Part shown: piece after piece, positions 8,214-12,839 of the stretch
Layout: the number at the start of each line of letters is the position of its first letter
How positions within the stretch are numbered: the first letter of the stretch is position 1
DNA from: a virus
Taxonomy: Duplodnaviria; Caudoviricetes
DNA: 25,869 nucleotides
Strand: one strand, 5' to 3'
Virus record (IMG/VR): IMGVR_UViG_3300044674_000385
Coordinates: 1-25,869 of that record
The notes under the pieces: generated by a model
What the model was told of the DNA's origin: nothing
What the model saw: the letters and a program-made list of their open reading frames with translations, nothing else
Databases searched by the model: none
Program-made: the position numbers and the translations under genes

Positions 8214-9029
8214 TTATTGTGTTTCAAACATTGTTTCAAATGTGTTGTGATAGATATTGGGATGCCATTCACAGGGCACAAAGAATAGATCCATATCGCC
8301 TTTGCGTGGCACACCGTTGTGTTCAATTGTTTTATATGTGCTGGTAAACTCACCGTCCAACCAACCATCACGTTTGGAACACACACGGTAGTCCCAACCA
8401 CGGATATATTCAATTAATTGTTCAGCACGGTAGTTGAACTTTGAACATTGGTGTGCTACTATTTCTAACTGTAGTAGAGGACGGTTACGACTTATGGTAT
8501 CCTCTGCTCCTTGTAGCACGTAGAGTTCATATCCTTCTACATCTATTTTGATAAAGTCCACCTCGTCAAATTTGAAACTGTCTAGGGTGGTTACGCTCAC
8601 AGCAGTCTGTAGTTTTCGTTGGCTTGCCCTTGCTCTAGGATTCTTATCGTAATGAGCAAGATGATTGTGTCCACCATTGCGTTCGTGTAGTATAATGTCT
8701 GCGGTGTGAACAGTTTCTCCTAGGGCCACAGGATAGAGTGTGACATTGTCTGTGCCGCATCCGCTCACAGTCCTCCTCCAAAGTTCTTGGGCAAGGTGTG
8801 TAGGTTCAAAACATTCTACAGTATCAAATACCTCTGCGTAGTTAACAGCATTACAAGCATTGTTAGATCCTATGTCTACAGCTCTGCGACTGTGAGGCAA
8901 TAGTGTTTGAGCAAACTGCCAATTGGTCTTTTGATACTGTCCATACTTGAGTCTCTCTCCGTACAGTGTGTCTCCACTTTCAATCCAATAGGTCTTGCCG
9001 TCTTTGCTGTGTATGGGTTCAATGTTCAA
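8214..9029 (-). CDS. FkbM-family SAM-dependent methyltransferase
   Basis: VDIGSN motif I, CFEP, TLDSF, IKIDVEGYELYVLQGA, RPLLQLE; start probably TTG 9029, overlapping the upstream stop. Confidence 0.9.
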   Translation of the reverse strand: MNIEPIHSKDGKTYWIESGDTLYGERLKYGQYQKTNWQFAQTLLPHSRRAVDIGSNNACNAVNYAEVFDTVECFEPTHLAQELWRRTVSGCGTDNVTLYPVALGETVHTADIILHERNGGHNHLAHYDKNPRARASQRKLQTAVSVTTLDSFKFDEVDFIKIDVEGYELYVLQGAEDTISRNRPLLQLEIVAHQCSKFNYRAEQLIEYIRGWDYRVCSKRDGWLDGEFTSTYKTIEHNGVPRKGDMDLFFVPCEWHPNIYHNTFETMFETQ

Positions 9030-9528
9030 ATTCAAATACCTTTTCAAATTGTGTAGGAGCAATCCAATCAGGATCAAGTCCGTCCCAATCTAGATCATAC
9101 ACTCCTATGTCACTGTCCTTGTTCTCAATTAGGATGTTCATCTCTTTGTTATACAGTTCTCTGAACCTCATCATCATTTGAAAGAATTCAGTTTTGATTT
9201 TCTTGCCACTGTCTGGAACTGTTGTAAAGTTCTTGCCATATTCTCTTACAAGGTTCTTCTCTTCTCGCATACTAGGGTTACACACATTAGTGTGGAACTG
9301 TTGATTGTCTATCAAGTATTCAGCTACCCTACTCATCTGTTGTAGCAGAACTCTATCTTTAGATTTGCGTATAGTCATAAACTCTCCAGCACCACGTATA
9401 ATGTTTTCAACATCAGTGTTGGTTAACTTGTGCCAACGGTTGATAAACGTACTCCTAGGGATTTGGCCATTGTGATTACAGTAGCGATTCTGTTCTTGAA
9501 CTATATCAAAAAATCTATCTATACTCAT
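9019..9528 (-). CDS. Hypothetical helical protein, likely expressed early; candidate helper-interacting factor
   Basis: 169 aa; AGGAG RBS; preceded by both TATAAATA and a consensus sigma70 promoter; C-terminus TQFEKVFEFEH. Confidence 0.8.
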   Translation of the reverse strand: MSIDRFFDIVQEQNRYCNHNGQIPRSTFINRWHKLTNTDVENIIRGAGEFMTIRKSKDRVLLQQMSRVAEYLIDNQQFHTNVCNPSMREEKNLVREYGKNFTTVPDSGKKIKTEFFQMMMRFRELYNKEMNILIENKDSDIGVYDLDWDGLDPDWIAPTQFEKVFEFEH

Positions 9529-9555
9529 ATACTACTCCTGTTGTTTGTTATATTG

Positions 9556-9563
9556 TATTTATA
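9556..9563 (-). promoter_or_regulatory. T4 late promoter, exact consensus TATAAATA
   Basis: TATAAATA 27 nt upstream of the ATG at 9528. Confidence 0.75.
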
Positions 9564-9630
9564 CAAATATACTAAAAACACCGTTAAAAAGGATCAAGAG
9601 GTCTTTGTCACGGTCTACCATTGTTCTTAC

Positions 9631-9659
9631 AGTATAACACCTTAGAAGTGGATTGTCAA
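9631..9659 (-). promoter_or_regulatory. Sigma70 promoter
   Basis: TTGACA-17 nt-TATACT with an extended -10 TGn. Confidence 0.85.
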
Positions 9660-9733
9660 TGGTTTTTGGACAACTGTTTTTTGGTTGATTAGCGTTAGAT
9701 TTCTGGTTGACAACTTGATGTGAAGGAGGCAGA

Positions 9734-9826
9734 TTATACCAATATTCCTAATGGATCACACACTATCACTAGTGCTATTGCCGCAATGCCTAGCACAAAG
9801 ATCCAATCACTACACTTTGTTTTCAA
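9734..9826 (-). CDS. 30-aa single-transmembrane peptide (below the ORF-track cutoff)
   Basis: TTG start overlapping the upstream gene end; MKTKCSDWIFVLGIAAIALVIVCDPLGILV; weak RBS. Confidence 0.45.
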   Translation of the reverse strand: MKTKCSDWIFVLGIAAIALVIVCDPLGILV

Positions 9827-10526
9827 CTAGAACTATCTCAAAGCCTGCCGCAACACTTGTTGATGCTCCTGCTTTGGCTCTTATTTCAATGTCTGTTTTC
9901 TCAGGTATTGCTTGTGGAACTACCCAACGTCTTTGGAATGGCACAGCAAAACTGCCTACTATTCCTTTGGTTAGGAACACACCATTCTGTTCTCTATACT
10001 GTAGTTTTGCTACTACTTCTTTTTGTTTTTCAATACTGATGTTTGCCGCAACTAGATAACCTGTGTAGTTGTTAGGTATAGTATACACTGCCATCAGTGT
10101 TTGATTGTATGGGTATGTAATCTGTGCGTATGTAGTAACGCCATTTTGGATTGTTACATCATCTGTTGGTTCTGATCCGTTGCTTACATATGCTCTAAAC
10201 ACTCTGAGGAATTCACCTGTGGTTGTTGCTGTGCCTACACCTGACAGTGTTACAGTTTCACTTAAACTATCATAGTTTGTGTCTAGACCTTCAATTGTAA
10301 TTTCTACACCGTTGTCTGTTGCTCCTGCGGCACTGGTTGCTGTCATTGCGAGTGCTGAGCTAGGATATGCGTATGTTCCGCCACCGTCCCATACTGTTTC
10401 ATATGTTGTGCCTACGTCTGCGTTGTATCCAAACTTGTCAATGGCTGTTGTGTCTTTGAAACTGCCAATGCCTACAGCAAATCCAGGATCTAATACTGCT
10501 TTACTGAGGTTAAGATTGATCGCCAT
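9810..10526 (-). CDS. Beta-rich putative virion-associated protein
   Basis: Probable start ATG 10526 with AAGGA RBS (238 aa); KFGYNADVGTTYETVWDGGGTYAY, FLRVFRA, NQTLMAVYTIP, IPEKTDIEIRA; Thr/Gly-rich. Confidence 0.65.
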   Translation of the reverse strand: MAINLNLSKAVLDPGFAVGIGSFKDTTAIDKFGYNADVGTTYETVWDGGGTYAYPSSALAMTATSAAGATDNGVEITIEGLDTNYDSLSETVTLSGVGTATTTGEFLRVFRAYVSNGSEPTDDVTIQNGVTTYAQITYPYNQTLMAVYTIPNNYTGYLVAANISIEKQKEVVAKLQYREQNGVFLTKGIVGSFAVPFQRRWVVPQAIPEKTDIEIRAKAGASTSVAAGFEIVLVENKV

Positions 10527-10701
10527 TGTCAAAATCCTTTTCTGAATATGTCCAATTGTCTTGATCACAGTCTTCGTACGGGTGATCTCCACCGCAGTTA
10601 TCACACTTCTGTAACTGTTGTTTGGCTGGTTTTAGTGCTACACTACCACTGTCTATGATGTGTAGTTTACGTCCTTGTTTGTCAGTCTTCCAGGTTTTCA
10701 T
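10510..10701 (-). CDS. Small zinc-knuckle-like protein
   Basis: ATG 10701 with GGAGG RBS (63 aa); CDNCGGDHPYEDC = C-x2-C-x3-H-x4-C. Confidence 0.65.
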   Translation of the reverse strand: MKTWKTDKQGRKLHIIDSGSVALKPAKQQLQKCDNCGGDHPYEDCDQDNWTYSEKDFDNGDQS

Positions 10702-11128
10702 CTTGTTCCTCCACGTATTCTTCAATGTTTACTGTTGCTTCATCAGCTTCTACCCAAGGCAGTGGCTCTGTGTTGTCTGTGTTAAATGGTGAGTCACTCA
10801 TACCTAATAGGTTTTTGGCCATAAAAATCTGTAGTGCGGCGTTCATATGCTGTGTAGCATTCTTAATCATTGCTTGACGTAGACTCATTTTAAGTTTTTC
10901 ACGCCCTTTTAGTAATTCTACGCTAAAGTTGAATCTGAGAGTATTATCATTAATACCAAACCAGTCTGCTATTTCTTTGTCCTTGAGGCCTATCTGTGCG
11001 AACTGCTCCACTTCTTCTGGTGGAACAACTGTCTTGTCACGACCTACTACAACACCATCTACTTCTTTGGTGCCCCATTTGCGATCGCCATTTTTCTGTG
11101 GTGTTGTTGGGTTGTCTACTCGTTTCAT
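10682..11128 (-). CDS. terS: Terminase small subunit
   Basis: N-terminal HTH (GLKDKEIADWFGINDNTL) followed by oligomerisation helices (GREKLKMSLRQAM...AALQIFMAKNLLGMSD). Confidence 0.75.
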   Translation of the reverse strand: MKRVDNPTTPQKNGDRKWGTKEVDGVVVGRDKTVVPPEEVEQFAQIGLKDKEIADWFGINDNTLRFNFSVELLKGREKLKMSLRQAMIKNATQHMNAALQIFMAKNLLGMSDSPFNTDNTEPLPWVEADEATVNIEEYVEEQDENLED

Positions 11129-11133
11129 ATTAC

Positions 11134-11139
11134 TATTTA
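11134..11139 (-). promoter_or_regulatory. T4-like late promoter core TAAATA, probably giving a leaderless terS mRNA
   Basis: TAAATA-GTAAT-ATG: only 5 nt before the start codon, no SD. Confidence 0.65.
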
Positions 11140-11319
11140 CCCTAGTTGCGAATTATAGGTTGTTAAACGGCTTTTATCCAGTTCAAATTGAAGTTCTAGA
11201 GGTAATCCATACAATACATAGGTATTACCTTTGGGATTGATCCAATATTTTGTGTGTTTAAATACCCAACTTATTTCATTGTATTGATCTGTGGTTAACA
11301 CAATAGATATTTGATTCAT
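11137..11319 (-). CDS. Hypothetical protein
   Basis: 60 aa, GGA RBS, fills the gap between the control region and terS. Confidence 0.55.
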   Translation of the reverse strand: MNQISIVLTTDQYNEISWVFKHTKYWINPKGNTYVLYGLPLELQFELDKSRLTTYNSQLG

Positions 11320-11328
11320 TGTTTTTCC

Positions 11329-11401
11329 AATTACTCAAAGTCAAACTGCGTTTGCCTTACTCATCACTTGCGTGATTCGTTTTGCTTACGCCTTTGTAAT
11401 T
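11329..11401 (-). other. Multi-hairpin element (GCA triloop, GCAA tetraloop); candidate single-strand initiation signal or structured leader
   Basis: Outer stem AATTAC..AAAG/CTTT..GTAATT enclosing ATCAC-GCAA-GTGAT and CAAAC-GCA-GTTTG. Confidence 0.45.
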
Positions 11402-11402
11402 G

Positions 11403-11408
11403 TATTTA
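11403..11408 (-). promoter_or_regulatory. T4-like late promoter core TAAATA
   Basis: AATAAATAC between the structured RNA and the hairpin element. Confidence 0.5.
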
Positions 11409-11414
11409 TTTGAT

Positions 11415-11721
11415 GTTACTTTCTGTAGATTGTTTCAGTCAGACGGAACCTGTTACGGTTCCATCCTCTTTCTGTGAGTTGCCCCAGACAGACATTGTGG
11501 AAGCAGGTGTTTTATGACACGTGTTCTGGGACTCTAACCTTTTCCCTACCTGCGTTGACACCCTTGCGGGCGTGTAACCTCGTTCCTATTGTTACACTGT
11601 TTGAACACGCATTGCCTGTGCGTCTTAGGATAATATTTGTATGAGGATTTACAACCCCTTCCTGTGTTTTCAATGACGCTTATATAGCCTAAGTTACTGC
11701 CTACATTTTTATTTATCTAAT
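11415..11721 (-). ncRNA. Putative ~300-nt structured RNA (candidate replication primer/origin RNA)
   Basis: No credible ORF; downstream of consensus sigma70 and TAAATA; helices 11442-50/11457-65, 11558-63/11568-73 (GCAA loop), 11572-78/11591-97, 11607-11/11619-23; crossing helices 11548-53/11503-08 and 11525-30/11483-88. Confidence 0.65.
11710..11715 (-). promoter_or_regulatory. T4-like late promoter core TAAATA, in tandem with the sigma70 promoter
   Basis: GATAAATAA 12 nt downstream of the sigma70 -10. Confidence 0.55.
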
Positions 11722-11727
11722 ATCAAT

Positions 11728-11756
11728 ATTATACTGGTTTTTTTGGCCTATGTCAA
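11728..11756 (-). promoter_or_regulatory. Sigma70 promoter, perfect consensus
   Basis: TTGACA-17 nt-TATAAT, immediately after a terminator. Confidence 0.92.
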
Positions 11757-11767
11757 GAGATTTATTC

Positions 11768-11814
11768 AAAAAAAAGGCTCCAACTACTGCCCATTGCGGG
11801 CTAGGTTAGGAGCC
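11768..11814 (-). terminator. Rho-independent terminator
   Basis: GGCTCC...GGAGCC stem with inner GCCC-GCAAT-GGGC, followed by T8. Confidence 0.8.
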
Positions 11815-11950
11815 ATAAAAACCCACGGAGAGGTTTTTTGTTAGGAGTGTTAGTTGTCAGAACTAACAAAAAGAAAAAGACAGGTAATGGCAGTAACCCT
11901 GGCAACCTTACAAACAAAACCAAGACAGGAGTGGTTGCGTCTTTCTCTTC
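11768..11950 (-). ncRNA. Putative ~180-nt regulatory sRNA with anti-SD loops
   Basis: Bounded by TAAATA (11956-61) and the terminator; outer stem AAGAGAAAGAC/GTCTTTTTCTT; several hairpins; ACUCCU twice, CUCUCC, UACUGCCAUU in loops or linkers. Confidence 0.6.
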
Positions 11951-11955
11951 ATTAG

Positions 11956-11961
11956 TATTTA
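11956..11961 (-). promoter_or_regulatory. T4-like late promoter core TAAATA
   Basis: CATAAATAC overlapping the stop of the zinc-finger gene. Confidence 0.6.
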
Positions 11962-12237
11962 TGTTTTCTTGTGATTATAGGTCAAAATATGGTTTAATTG
12001 CGTTATATTTGATAATTCAAACTCACCTGTTTTAGGATTTTTGTAATTGTTACAGGCTGTACATTTTACTTTGACGCCGTCTTTGGTATGATTATAGATT
12101 ATTCTTTGTTTGGTTACCTCTAGTTGACAGTATTCACATTGCTTAGGTATTTCTTTTAGTTTTGCTGTTCTAGGTGTTACACCATCATCTTCAAAAGATA
12201 AATCTAAACGTTCAAGTATTGCTTCTGGTATTTTCAT
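11959..12237 (-). CDS. Zinc-ribbon protein
   Basis: 92 aa, CEYC...CTAC; ATGA overlap with the upstream gene. Confidence 0.7.
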   Translation of the reverse strand: MKIPEAILERLDLSFEDDGVTPRTAKLKEIPKQCEYCQLEVTKQRIIYNHTKDGVKVKCTACNNYKNPKTGEFELSNITQLNHILTYNHKKT

Positions 12238-12500
12238 AGGAGACTCACAATAACAGCAATAAATGAACCAATGATTGTAGCTGTAGCACCAATGAGAGCA
12301 ACCATAATCTGTGTGTTACCACGTTTATGGTCGTGTTCTAATTTATCAATCTTACTGTCAAGACTGTCAAATCTAGTATCTATCTTTTTAAACTTCTCAT
12401 CCATTTGTTCTAATCGTTTATCCATTTGTTCATACCTTAAGGCACATAGGTCTACGTGAGCCTCAAGACTTTCCTTTTCAAGCTCCGTAGGTTGAGTCAT
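12234..12500 (-). CDS. Coiled-coil protein with C-terminal transmembrane helix (XhlA/holin-like)
   Basis: LEAHVDLCALRYEQMDKRLEQMDEKF heptads plus IMVALIGATATIIGSFIAVIVSLL; at the end of the tail module. Confidence 0.6.
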   Translation of the reverse strand: MTQPTELEKESLEAHVDLCALRYEQMDKRLEQMDEKFKKIDTRFDSLDSKIDKLEHDHKRGNTQIMVALIGATATIIGSFIAVIVSLL

Positions 12501-12838
12501 TAGGCACTCCTATTTTTTACGTTAAGGCGGAAGCTACGTCTATCAACGGCACCGTCTGCTGTAGTAATCTGTGCTGTAACAATGTAGGTTTTATCTACTT
12601 GTCCACCAGCTAGTTCTACATATGTATCTGTGTTTGAATCTGTTATACCACTAGATTCTATTGTTACTGGAGTGGGATCATTTCTCCTTGCGGCGACACT
12701 GTAGCTAACACTCGCTAAACTGTCTCCTTGTGCCAACCAAGTACTCCAATCAAAGGTATAGATTAATTGAGCATTTACGTCTTTGTCAATTTCTAAACCG
12801 TAATTGGTTTGGTTGAATCCACCTCTGTTAATTGGCAT
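12500..12838 (-). CDS. Tail fibre adaptor-like virion protein
   Basis: Probable start ATG 12838 with GGAG RBS (112 aa); KDVNAQLIYTFDWSTWL...LAGG...YIVTAQITT...DRRSF motif. Confidence 0.65.
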   Translation of the reverse strand: MPINRGGFNQTNYGLEIDKDVNAQLIYTFDWSTWLAQGDSLASVSYSVAARRNDPTPVTIESSGITDSNTDTYVELAGGQVDKTYIVTAQITTADGAVDRRSFRLNVKNRSA

Positions 12839-12839
12839 A

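Noticed and set aside
9707-9741. + strand TTGACA (9707-12) with AAGGAGG (9723-29), and - strand TGGTATAAT (9733-41)
   Set aside because: The + strand -35 has no good -10 at 17 bp and the SD is 21 nt from the next ATG; the extended -10 overlaps a stop codon and lacks a -35, so support is too weak
11415-11721. Group I/II intron, tRNA, tmRNA or CRISPR array
   Set aside because: No interrupted gene, no recognisable P7 or domain V, no cloverleaf and no repeat-spacer periodicity seen by eye; an Rfam search is still needed
11808-11932. CsrB/RsmZ-like GGA-repeat RNA on the + strand
   Set aside because: The flanking promoter motif and U-tailed terminator are oriented for the - strand; not fully excluded without transcript data
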